Assembly (NCBI GenBank): GCA_039815185.1
Contig: JBCBZT010000023.1
Coordinates: 1-64,000 of the forward strand
Source of the DNA: Cyanobacteria bacterium P01_A01_bin.123
GTDB lineage: Bacteria > Cyanobacteriota > Cyanobacteriia > Phormidesmidales > Phormidesmidaceae
Reading direction: 5' to 3'
DNA: 64,000 bases
Shown here: positions 26,458 to 35,864 of the stretch, piece by piece
Layout of the letters: the number at the start of each line of letters is the position of its first letter
Position numbering within the stretch: the first letter of the stretch is position 1
Translations under genes and position numbers: made by a program
The notes under the pieces: model-generated
The model's input: the letters and a program-made list of their open reading frames with translations, nothing else
Told to the model about the DNA's origin: nothing
The model's database searches: none

Positions 26458-28857
26458 ATGCAAAAGCATAATCCTAGGAGCAGCGCTGATGTAGATACAG
26501 CACAGGTGAACCCGGGTTATCCCCTGTTCCAAATTGCTAAGGCACTAACGACGGCAGAACACCACGAAGACCCGGCCACTCGCGAGCGTGCCCAACAGCG
26601 GATCGTGAAATGGACAGCAGTGCTGAACGGGCTCCTGAATGGAACCGTGGATGTGGGTTCGCGATCGCCGCTCGAAGGTGTTCCCAATTGGGTGACGCTC
26701 GAAGTTGTCACAGGCGGTTTTGCCACTGGGCAGTTGATGGCGGGTGGGCCGCTGCTTGAACACGAGTTAGCCTTATTGGCCGAATTACCAGGCAAGTCAG
26801 AAGCCGATGGACGGCGCGCACTCAATGGATACTTCGTCACCGATGAGGGGCTCGATAGACTGCAACGACTGCTCCAGTCAGGTTGCTACGAGGTTACCAT
26901 TCCTGAAGAGGGGGCGCTGCTCGTTGTTGCCTGGCTGGTGCACCAGGGCTATGCAGATCAGGCGCGGGAGCTGTTAGCCCAGTTAGCACCGTGGTTTTCA
27001 AGGCTGCGGTTCTATCCCATACCCACCGATCGTCCCTGTCGCTTGGGTTCCCAGGTGTGCTTGCAAACTGTCGGCAATACGGTTGCCAGTCTTAAGCAGA
27101 TCGAACCTAACCCCCACATCTTGGCCCAGAAGGAAGCGGTGAATGTTTGGGCACCGCTCTATGATCGAACGGTTAGCCTGTTTATAGAGACAGTTGAAGG
27201 GGATACGCCCCATCTGCAATGTGACCGAGAGGGTCGTTGGGTACACTCGCCAGACGGCAAATTCCCTGTTGAAGGGGGCTGGCCCTGCCGCCAGTATCCT
27301 GGAGGTTGGCAGGCCCGCGCCAAGGGCTTGCTAAACGAGTATAAGCAGCAGCGGAGTCGGTATACACTTTGTGGAAAACCCGAACGCAAAAAAGAGAGCT
27401 TTTACCAGCTACGGAAATTCTTAAGGCAGATTTTGCGGGATCCTCAATCTCTGAGTGGTCGTGACGTAGGGCGGATCAGGCTGATTTTGGCTCGTTATGT
27501 GACGAAACGGGGTGTACCTGGTTCGCCACAGTGCAGTGCGGTTCGCGAACGGCAGACTCAACAAGTCAAGGCACCCACTTTTCAGGAAATTGCTGAAATC
27601 GTGATTCGACGGTTGGCAGCTTATCCCCTAAAAGACGGTCTCGATGACATTCGTCCGGTTGTTCAACCCGTTACCGATGTAGAGGCGAGGCAATGGCAAG
27701 TTGAAGCGAGAACATCCGTGGCGCGATCGCTGCAACGAAAGGTAGAGCGCTGCCTGCGAGAGACGGTGGAAGTACTGGTAGAACGAGGCATGATCACCTC
27801 GGGTGAAACGTTAGCTCGAGTGCTGCCTCAGATCACCTCAGAGATCAGAGCTGCGGGCGTTACTGAACCCACGCTGCGTCAGCTGTATGCTTCACTCTAC
27901 CGAGCTTTTAGACGGCGGCGATCGCTGCTGTTACTCAACTTAGAAAAGCAGATTCAGATTGAGGAATTGCCTTGGGTGGCTGCCATCGATCGCTTTCGCA
28001 GCGACAACCTCTCAGCTAGAGAATTGGCGAGACAGACCCTTGAGGAGATAACGCGCTTAACCCTAACGTCTTTTCCCCATGCCATTCTCCCGAATAAGCT
28101 GCTCCAAGAACTACGAGCCCTTGCGAAGACAGCGATGTTCGATCTACCGCTCGTAGATGAAGTTGCGGCGGATATCTTCATGGGGACATTCTCCAACAAG
28201 TTCCTCAATGCGGCGAAGCGGGCTGCTGATTTCCTGGAAGGCACGCTGTATGCAACCTATTACGGCATCGACTATCAGCAAGTGCGGGCGATTCCAGACA
28301 GCCAATCAGCGCAACGGTCGTGGTTCCGGAAAAACCATCATGATCCGTTTATGGCTCTCTGCGAATCAAGGGCAGGTGTTCGTTATGGCAGCTGGGATCC
28401 AGCGATCAACGGCATGATCATCGAGCAACAACAAATCCTGACGTCGCAGAATCTAGCGGTGCTATTTTCGGGTCTCGATCTGATCGATGCGCTAGAAGAT
28501 CAATTGGCCGATTTGGCTCGCCGCTGCTTCACCTGGATTTGTAAACGCTTGCAGATGAAAACTGACAACTGGCATGCCCAACTTATCCAAGTCAAAAATA
28601 CGGCTTATGCCTGGCGGCAAATGGTCTTTTTCTTATCTCTCTTGTCAAATCAGCAAATAGGCGATTTCCTCAACTGGGCAGAAGCATACCTGGCTAAACA
28701 ACCCGCGAAATTTCAAAATCGCTTTCGCCCTGCCCTGAGGGGGCTTGTGCTGGCTACGGCTGGCTGCTCAATTGAAGAGAATGCTGTAAATCATCTAAAT
28801 GCCTACCGTTTTACGGGTTGGTCTAAAAAGAGACATTGGCTGCTGACTGACACTTAA
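26458..28857 (+). CDS. Large hypothetical protein (799 aa), no domain recognised
   Basis: Long ORF starting 21 nt after the tRNA-like CCA; motif-like blocks RAFRRRRSLLLLNL, ADIFMGTFS, IEQQQILT, KNTAYAWRQM. Confidence 0.85.
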   Translation: MQKHNPRSSADVDTAQVNPGYPLFQIAKALTTAEHHEDPATRERAQQRIVKWTAVLNGLLNGTVDVGSRSPLEGVPNWVTLEVVTGGFATGQLMAGGPLLEHELALLAELPGKSEADGRRALNGYFVTDEGLDRLQRLLQSGCYEVTIPEEGALLVVAWLVHQGYADQARELLAQLAPWFSRLRFYPIPTDRPCRLGSQVCLQTVGNTVASLKQIEPNPHILAQKEAVNVWAPLYDRTVSLFIETVEGDTPHLQCDREGRWVHSPDGKFPVEGGWPCRQYPGGWQARAKGLLNEYKQQRSRYTLCGKPERKKESFYQLRKFLRQILRDPQSLSGRDVGRIRLILARYVTKRGVPGSPQCSAVRERQTQQVKAPTFQEIAEIVIRRLAAYPLKDGLDDIRPVVQPVTDVEARQWQVEARTSVARSLQRKVERCLRETVEVLVERGMITSGETLARVLPQITSEIRAAGVTEPTLRQLYASLYRAFRRRRSLLLLNLEKQIQIEELPWVAAIDRFRSDNLSARELARQTLEEITRLTLTSFPHAILPNKLLQELRALAKTAMFDLPLVDEVAADIFMGTFSNKFLNAAKRAADFLEGTLYATYYGIDYQQVRAIPDSQSAQRSWFRKNHHDPFMALCESRAGVRYGSWDPAINGMIIEQQQILTSQNLAVLFSGLDLIDALEDQLADLARRCFTWICKRLQMKTDNWHAQLIQVKNTAYAWRQMVFFLSLLSNQQIGDFLNWAEAYLAKQPAKFQNRFRPALRGLVLATAGCSIEENAVNHLNAYRFTGWSKKRHWLLTDT

Positions 28858-29615
28858 ATAATGGTTTTGCCACCGTCTGCAACAATGGCTGCTCCATGGA
28901 CAAACTCGGCATCACTTGTGGCTAAAAATAAGGCCACACGGGCAATCTCTTCAGGTTTGCCCAGGCGGCCCGCAGGGATGGTGGAAATCACGGCCTGTTC
29001 TTCTGCTGTTGGGTTACTGCCTATGGCAAACTCGGCATGAATCATCGGTGTGTCGATGGGGCCAGGGCAAATGGCATTCACCCGAATGTTTTGGGCTGCC
29101 CACTCTGTCGCTAAGGCTCGGGTTAGGGCAAGCACACCGCCCTTGGTGGCACAGTAAGCACTATATAACGGTTGCCCTACAACACCAAGTTCTGATGCCG
29201 TATTGATGATAATGCCTCCGCCTTGGGTCACCATCTGAGCAATGGCGTGTTTGCACCCGAAGAACACCCCTTTGAGATTCACACCCAACAGCTTGTCGAG
29301 ATCAGCCTCAGTGATTTCAGTAATCGGTTTGAGGATAGAAATTCCGGCATTGTTGTGAATAACATCAAGTTTCCCAAACTGGTTAACTGTGGTCGCGATC
29401 GCGTCCTTGATCTGTTCTTCCTGGCTAATATCAACAATCAGACTGCAACACTCTCCTCCCGCAGCCTGAATCGATTGCTGCGTGGCTTGTACTGCATCAG
29501 CATCTAAATCAGCCGCCACTACGGTTGCGCCTTCACGGGCAAAACACGCCGCTGTGGCCCGGCCAATTCCAGCGCCAGCGCCCGTTATGAGACAAACTTT
29601 TCCGTTTAACCGCAT
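28854..29615 (-). CDS. SDR family oxidoreductase
   Basis: ITGAGAGIG, NNAG, YCATK, RVNAICPG. Confidence 0.93.
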   Translation of the reverse strand: MRLNGKVCLITGAGAGIGRATAACFAREGATVVAADLDADAVQATQQSIQAAGGECCSLIVDISQEEQIKDAIATTVNQFGKLDVIHNNAGISILKPITEITEADLDKLLGVNLKGVFFGCKHAIAQMVTQGGGIIINTASELGVVGQPLYSAYCATKGGVLALTRALATEWAAQNIRVNAICPGPIDTPMIHAEFAIGSNPTAEEQAVISTIPAGRLGKPEEIARVALFLATSDAEFVHGAAIVADGGKTII

Positions 29616-29792
29616 AGGGTCAACCTCTATTGCATATCTTTTCAAGCTACTCCACCCGCGTATGATCGCGGACTAGTGAGGAAAACCCACTGACGAGAGT
29701 TCTAGCCTTTTTCCAAATGTTATTCGTAACAACTAAAACAGTTATGCTTTGCGACTTTAACTACGGTTTGAGAGACGATTGAAGACTGTTTT

Positions 29793-30632
29793 ATGACCTA
29801 TCCCTGGCCCACAGGTATGCGCTGCGCTGCCGCTTTGAGCTTTGATGTTGATGGTGAATCAGGCATCTTGGCCGTGAACCCAAAATACGCTGAGCGATTG
29901 TCGGCGCTGTCTTGGGCTCGATATGGTCCTAAAGTTGGGGTACCGCGCATCCTAGATCTGCTGCACCAAAAGGGGGTAAAGGCATCCTTCTTTGTGCCGG
30001 GCTACACGGCAGAGCAATATCCGGCTTTGATCAAGCGCATTTATGATCAGGGGCACGAGATTGGGGTGCATGGTTACCTGCACAAGAAACCCTCTGACTT
30101 AGATGATCTAGAAGAAGAGGCCGCCCTGGTCAAGACCTGCCAAATCCTGAAAGAAATTACGGGTGAAAAGCCGGTGGGTTACCGGGCCCCCTGGTGGGAT
30201 ATGAAGCAAAGCACGCCAGCCCTGCTGGCCCGCCACGGCATGCGTTACGACTCTTCGCTGATGGATGATGATGCCCCTTATACCCTGGGCACAGACAAGG
30301 GCGATCTGGTCGAAATTCCGCTGCATTGGACTAACGATGACTGGGAGCAGTTTGCCTTTACGGTTGATCCGCCGACAGGAAGCGGCGTAATTGAAACCTG
30401 TGAAAAGGCCTTTCAACTCTGGCGAGAAGAGTTTGAGGGACTTTACCACTATCGCAGTGCCTTCGTGCTGACCATGCACCCGGAGATTATCGGTCGTCCG
30501 GCCCGACTGCTGATGCTGGGGCGATTGATCGATCATATCCAGTCCTTTGAGGGAGTTTGGCTGACCACCTGTGGCGCGATCGCAGAACATCACATTGCCA
30601 TCCAAGCTGCCGTAGCAGAAGAGGTGACTTGA
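29793..30632 (+). CDS. Polysaccharide deacetylase family (PuuE/PgdA-like)
   Basis: SFDVD, YGPKVGVPRIL, HEIGVHGYLH, GYRAP, YDSS, TMHP. Confidence 0.9.
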   Translation: MTYPWPTGMRCAAALSFDVDGESGILAVNPKYAERLSALSWARYGPKVGVPRILDLLHQKGVKASFFVPGYTAEQYPALIKRIYDQGHEIGVHGYLHKKPSDLDDLEEEAALVKTCQILKEITGEKPVGYRAPWWDMKQSTPALLARHGMRYDSSLMDDDAPYTLGTDKGDLVEIPLHWTNDDWEQFAFTVDPPTGSGVIETCEKAFQLWREEFEGLYHYRSAFVLTMHPEIIGRPARLLMLGRLIDHIQSFEGVWLTTCGAIAEHHIAIQAAVAEEVT

Positions 30633-30633
30633 G

Positions 30634-31605
30634 ATGTCAATACCGACTATTTTGAATACCAGCTTGTTGACCTACATTGTGTTGACCTACGGGCTTGGCA
30701 TTGGCTTGTTGCTGCAACCTACTTGGACGCTTAATGGTTTAGGAATGCTGGTGTTAATCCACAGTCTGGTATTGTCGGCGGCGGCGACCCATGAACTGAT
30801 TCACGGCAATCTTTTCAAGCAGCGTTGGGCAAATGGTTGGGCTGGGCGTTTGATGACCCACTTAACTGGGGCTTGCTATGCTCCGTACGAAGACTTGGTG
30901 CAGCATCATCTCAATCACCACATTCATCACGCCGATTTTGTCCCGTTTGAGATTGCCGACTACTTTAAGGCGTTGTCCCAACCGCTACGGCAGGTGTTTG
31001 TCTGCTTAGAGTGGGCCTATTTCCCAGTGTTTGAATTGATGCTGCGATGGCGGCTGATGCTAGCAGCCTTCACACAGTCGGACAAAGTCCATTTGCGCTG
31101 GCGAACAATGCTCTTGCTTGTTTATCGGGGTAGCTTGTTTGTCCTGTTGGGCTGGATCTCACCCAAAGCACTGATGCTCTATGGCATCGCCTATATCTGC
31201 TTTGTGAACCTGATGCGCTTCGCTGATGCCTTTCACCATACCTATGACTATGTGGTGATGGGGGCGGAAATTCCCAAGCGCGATCGCATCTATGAACAAG
31301 CCCATACCTTTTCTAATCTGGTGTCGGCGCGCTATCCCTGGTTCAATTTGCTCTATCTCAACTTCGGCTACCATAATGCCCATCACCACGATATGCGTTG
31401 CCCCTGGTATCGGTTGCCCCAATTGCACCAAACCTTATATGGAGATAGGGCTTTAGCGCTTCTGCCCCTGCCTCAACTGATTGACAATTACCATCAGTTT
31501 CGACTTGAACGGCTGTTTGGCGGTCAGGGCGTGGTTGACGATGAGGTCAAGGAACTTGCCGCTTTTACTGGCGGTATTGGGGTCTCGTTTTTGACACCGC
31601 CTTGA
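30634..31605 (+). CDS. Membrane fatty-acid-desaturase-like protein
   Basis: His boxes HELIH, HHLNHH, YHNAHH. Confidence 0.88.
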   Translation: MSIPTILNTSLLTYIVLTYGLGIGLLLQPTWTLNGLGMLVLIHSLVLSAAATHELIHGNLFKQRWANGWAGRLMTHLTGACYAPYEDLVQHHLNHHIHHADFVPFEIADYFKALSQPLRQVFVCLEWAYFPVFELMLRWRLMLAAFTQSDKVHLRWRTMLLLVYRGSLFVLLGWISPKALMLYGIAYICFVNLMRFADAFHHTYDYVVMGAEIPKRDRIYEQAHTFSNLVSARYPWFNLLYLNFGYHNAHHHDMRCPWYRLPQLHQTLYGDRALALLPLPQLIDNYHQFRLERLFGGQGVVDDEVKELAAFTGGIGVSFLTPP

Positions 31606-31695
31606 TTCCCCTGTGATGTCCTCTCAGGTGTGGCAATCTCAGAATCTCAGACAATTGGCTGATCTTTTTTGGGCTTCCCTATCAACTAACTGGAG

Positions 31696-34128
31696 TTGGG
31701 CACTCTAAGCTTAAATGTTGGTGTTACCAACGATTGTTTGAGGGGACTTTTCCTGTTGACAGAACCTGCCTTGATCAAAGGGAACACCTCGAGCGCAAAA
31801 GTTTGGGGCCAATTTATTTTGGCGATTGCCACTGCCCAGTCTGAGCTGGCGCTGTGTCATGCTGTGGCAGACTATTTGCCCCAGTTTATCCCTGCTGATC
31901 GGGTTAGCGTTACGCGCTTAATATCAGACGGTAAAGCCTTTGAAGTTTTCGTAGTCAATGGTGAAAAACAGGTTTTAGCTGAGGGAGAACAACTCCCATT
32001 TGATCAAGTCAATCTGCAAGCGGTGATCAAAACCCAGCGGCCCCATTTAACTCAGATCCATCCAGATAGCCCCTATTTAGATCTTGCTGAACTTGCAAAG
32101 CAAGGCATTGTGATGACCATCTCTGTTCCGCTAAACGTTTTAGGGCAGACGATCGGATCATTAAATGTGGCAGCTAAAACAATGCTCCTCGACCATCCTG
32201 ACATCATTGAACTGATAGAACAGATTGCCACGCTCCTGGCGATGAACTTGGAGCGGCAGTCTTTATACGATCAAACCCAATTTGCTATGGAGCGTTATCG
32301 TTCCTATACCGACCAACTGCGCATCCTCAATGAAATCGGTTGTCAATTATCTGCTGCGGTCACTAAAGCTGAGGTATTTGACACAATTTCCCAGGCAATT
32401 TCTCAAGTCATAAATGTCGATCGAGTCAGCTATGCAGTGCCGATGGATGATGTACAGGGGTTTCAGATCTTTCGTTTTTCGGGTAACAACTATATCCCGA
32501 CAGATATCGTCATTCCAGCGGCTGGATCAGGGTTAGAGCACACTTATCAAACTGGACGACCGACATTCTTTGACTTAAGCGATCAGCGATATAGTGAACA
32601 TCGGATCTTGGCTAGCTTTGGCCTTAAAGTGGGTTGGAGCGTGCCGGTTCGCATCTCAAACCAAATTATTGGTATTTTGAATGCAGCCTCTTCTCGTACC
32701 GATTTAGATGGGCAAGAACAGCTCGATCTACTGACAACCCTGGGTGGCCTGATGGGGGCAACCCTTGAGCGCATTGCTGTGCAAGATGAGGCCGCCATGA
32801 TCCTCAAGGAAATTGCTTACCAGGCCCGCTATGATACCCTAACAAATTTACCCAATCGCGCCCTTTTTTACCAACAGCTTGAAGATGCACTGGCGGCAGG
32901 CCAGTCAAATGATCAGCAGCTAGCGGTGCTTTTTATCGATTTAGATCGGTTCAAGCATATTAATGACACGCTGGGTCATACGATTGGCGATAAGCTCTTG
33001 TGTGCGATCGCTAAGCAACTACAGCAAATTTTTCCCTCATCAGATACTGTGGCTCGCTTGGGCGGAGATGAATTTGTCGTATTGTTACCCCAGATTAACC
33101 ACCCGCAAGCAGTTGCCCAAACCGCTCAGACGATTCTGACTGCGCTAGAGACGCCTTTGCAGGTTGATGGACACAGTATTTTCTTGGGAGGAAGTATTGG
33201 CATTAGTCTATTTCCTGCTCATGGGACGACCCCCGGTACGCTGATGAAACATGCTGATATCGCGATGTATCATGCGAAGGAACAGGGGCGTAATAACTAT
33301 CAATTTTATGATGCTAAATTATCGACTCGGCTACAGCGACGAATTGCCATTGAGCACGCCCTCCGCGATGCGATCGCTAATGATGAACTATCTTTGGTCT
33401 TCCATCCCCAGATTTGCTTAACCTCAGGCAATATCGAAGGCTTAGAAGCATTAGTTCGCTGGAAAAATTCAGCATTGGGCTCTATTCACCCAGATCAATT
33501 TATCCCAATTGCAGAAGAAAGCGGTTTAATTGAAGCATTGTCTGATTGGGTATTGGATCAGAGCTTGGACACAATTAAGCGACTTAGAAGAAGTCATCCC
33601 GAATTGTACGTTGCTGTTAATTTCTCGGCCCAAGAATTTTCTAGCGTCACCTCTTTTCTGAATCGAGTGATAACGACCCTAAGAAAACACCAACTCCCCG
33701 CTAGCGCTTTGGAACTAGAAATTACGGAAAGTGTTTTTTTGCAAGCAGAAGCGACGACTAAACAGCTTATGCAAGCCCTGAAAGCCGAAGGGATACGCAT
33801 CGCAATTGATGATTTTGGGACTGGATTCTCCTCACTCTCTTATTTAGTGAATCTGCCCCTTGATATCCTCAAAATCGATCGGTCATTTATCCATCGTCTT
33901 GGGCATGATCCTCGTAACGATGGTATTGTTCGCGGCACCATTGAAATTGCCAAGAGCCTTGGAATGGCTTGTGTAGCTGAGGGGGTTGAAACGCTGGAGC
34001 AACTATCACAGTTGCAACAGTTAGGATGTCAATGCTGTCAGGGGTTTTTGTTTAGCAAGCCCGTACCTGCTAGTGAACTCGACGCCCTGCTGCAACAAGA
34101 TCTCAATCCCCTAATGACGACATCCTAA
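31696..34128 (+). CDS. GAF-GAF-GGDEF-EAL protein
   Basis: Two GAF-like repeats; DTLTNLPNR, RLGGDEF, EALVRW, DDFGTGFSS; start may be the later TTG near 31755. Confidence 0.92.
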   Translation: MGTLSLNVGVTNDCLRGLFLLTEPALIKGNTSSAKVWGQFILAIATAQSELALCHAVADYLPQFIPADRVSVTRLISDGKAFEVFVVNGEKQVLAEGEQLPFDQVNLQAVIKTQRPHLTQIHPDSPYLDLAELAKQGIVMTISVPLNVLGQTIGSLNVAAKTMLLDHPDIIELIEQIATLLAMNLERQSLYDQTQFAMERYRSYTDQLRILNEIGCQLSAAVTKAEVFDTISQAISQVINVDRVSYAVPMDDVQGFQIFRFSGNNYIPTDIVIPAAGSGLEHTYQTGRPTFFDLSDQRYSEHRILASFGLKVGWSVPVRISNQIIGILNAASSRTDLDGQEQLDLLTTLGGLMGATLERIAVQDEAAMILKEIAYQARYDTLTNLPNRALFYQQLEDALAAGQSNDQQLAVLFIDLDRFKHINDTLGHTIGDKLLCAIAKQLQQIFPSSDTVARLGGDEFVVLLPQINHPQAVAQTAQTILTALETPLQVDGHSIFLGGSIGISLFPAHGTTPGTLMKHADIAMYHAKEQGRNNYQFYDAKLSTRLQRRIAIEHALRDAIANDELSLVFHPQICLTSGNIEGLEALVRWKNSALGSIHPDQFIPIAEESGLIEALSDWVLDQSLDTIKRLRRSHPELYVAVNFSAQEFSSVTSFLNRVITTLRKHQLPASALELEITESVFLQAEATTKQLMQALKAEGIRIAIDDFGTGFSSLSYLVNLPLDILKIDRSFIHRLGHDPRNDGIVRGTIEIAKSLGMACVAEGVETLEQLSQLQQLGCQCCQGFLFSKPVPASELDALLQQDLNPLMTTS

Positions 34129-34139
34129 GCCCTCTCTAA

Positions 34140-35864
34140 ATGCGTTTTTCTCGTTTTGCTCAATGCTGGGTGTGCTTCGTTTTGTCACTGCTGTTGGTGA
34201 GCGGTTGTCATCGCTGTTTGAATCGCCCGGCTTCATCCCTTTCGGTGGTAGAACCGCCTATTGTGACTCCAGAAGTACTGGCTGGGCATACCCTGGTGCC
34301 CTTGGTTCAGCCAGGGCCTTGGCCCGATATCACAGGTTTGATTGGCTACGGCGATCGCCTCTGGTTTGCTAATAGTGTTGCTTTTGGCAATCATAATTCT
34401 GCAGATGTTTACAGCTACGCGCCAGCAACTGGGCAAACGCGCTACGAACGGCATCTTTTTAGTCAAAGTGTCGGCAAGCCAGCCGTGGCGGATGGATTGC
34501 TGTACTGGCCTTTTGAAGATCCTCGGTTTTCTGCTGACTTAGGCGAGTATATGGTTACTAACGGAGAAGACTGGCAATGGCGTCTCTTCCCTAATGGTGA
34601 AGCGTTTCACGTTCATACCATGGCTGCTCAAGGTGACTCGCTATTTGCAGGGACGGGTGCTTGGGCGGGTAGATTGCAGCGATCGCAAGATGGGGGGCAA
34701 ACCTGGCAAGTCATCTACGAGCACCCCACTCCAGACAGACAGGTTAGCCGTGTCACCCAACTAGCTGTGCTAGACGAGCAGCTGTATGTCGGCATCACTG
34801 CCCGCCAAGAAGCTGGTATCAAACTCCTGCGGTGGGATCAAGAGATGCTCCAAACGATTGACAGCTGGCCTAGGGGTAAACGTGTCAGTGATTTAACCAC
34901 CTATGATGGCTGGCTATACGGGATTAATCTGAATCCAGACGATAGCACTGCCATCTGGCGCACCCATGACCAGCAGACTGAACCAGTGGAAGCGTTAAAC
35001 GGTTATCCCATAAGGGCATTAGCTGCTGGTTCAGATGCTCTGTGGGCAGTGAGCAGCAATGAGGCAGGCGGATTTCTTTGGCATAGTTCAGATGGCGTAG
35101 CGTGGACTGCTGCCCAGCAGTTCCAGACATTGCGACCGCTGGATGTTGCCGTCTATGCTGGCAACGTCTACGTGGGGGCAAGGGATGAAGGTGGGCGCGG
35201 TGTTTTATTAGGGCCAACTGCTCCAGAGAGCGCTGGTGAAGCAACTTCGACACAAATGCCAACTATCCAGGCTGTATCCCCATCTCCCCAGCAGTTGCAA
35301 GCCATGCTGAATCAGCTAGATGAGGTGATGGCAAATCGCTCAAGCTACGCCAATGGCAACACCCAAGATGTGCTGTCTCAGACGTTAAAACCCCTTGCTA
35401 TCAGCAGTATGCCAGAGGTTGGCGAAGCCCTATCACAGCGTTTAGGCCACTCACCCCCGCAGGTGGATGCAACGCTATTCGACGATGTTGTTACAGAACC
35501 CGCGACAGATGTGCTGCAGTGGTACTTGCTTTGGGCGATCGCTCTGAATGGTCACGGTCAGATTCCAGTTGAGCTGCTGGCTATCCCTTGGACAACCCCC
35601 AGTAACTCTCGAGAAAAGTATTGGCAACCCGTTCCTGCTGCTGCTTGGGCCGTTGCTCAATTAGGTCAAGCCGATGTTGAGACCCTAGCCGCCTTAATCA
35701 ATCGCCTCAGCTTCAAAGATGATCCCATTTGGCTCAAAGGCGATTTTATTGGGGCCTTGAGTGCGTTAACGGGCGAACAATTTGGCTACGATCAGGGCGC
35801 CTGGCAAACCTGGTGGGCACAGCAAGCTAACGATTTCCTTAACGGGGTCTCAGCCTTAAGCTGA
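34140..35864 (+). CDS. Putative lipoprotein with beta-propeller-like repeats and a helical C-terminal domain
   Basis: Lipobox-like LLVSGC; Asp-box-like SQDGGQTW and SSDGVAW. Confidence 0.7.
   Translation: MRFSRFAQCWVCFVLSLLLVSGCHRCLNRPASSLSVVEPPIVTPEVLAGHTLVPLVQPGPWPDITGLIGYGDRLWFANSVAFGNHNSADVYSYAPATGQTRYERHLFSQSVGKPAVADGLLYWPFEDPRFSADLGEYMVTNGEDWQWRLFPNGEAFHVHTMAAQGDSLFAGTGAWAGRLQRSQDGGQTWQVIYEHPTPDRQVSRVTQLAVLDEQLYVGITARQEAGIKLLRWDQEMLQTIDSWPRGKRVSDLTTYDGWLYGINLNPDDSTAIWRTHDQQTEPVEALNGYPIRALAAGSDALWAVSSNEAGGFLWHSSDGVAWTAAQQFQTLRPLDVAVYAGNVYVGARDEGGRGVLLGPTAPESAGEATSTQMPTIQAVSPSPQQLQAMLNQLDEVMANRSSYANGNTQDVLSQTLKPLAISSMPEVGEALSQRLGHSPPQVDATLFDDVVTEPATDVLQWYLLWAIALNGHGQIPVELLAIPWTTPSNSREKYWQPVPAAAWAVAQLGQADVETLAALINRLSFKDDPIWLKGDFIGALSALTGEQFGYDQGAWQTWWAQQANDFLNGVSALS

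Noticed and set aside
31696..32800. GAF domains as cyanobacteriochrome photosensors
   Set aside because: No CH or DXCF bilin-binding motifs seen.
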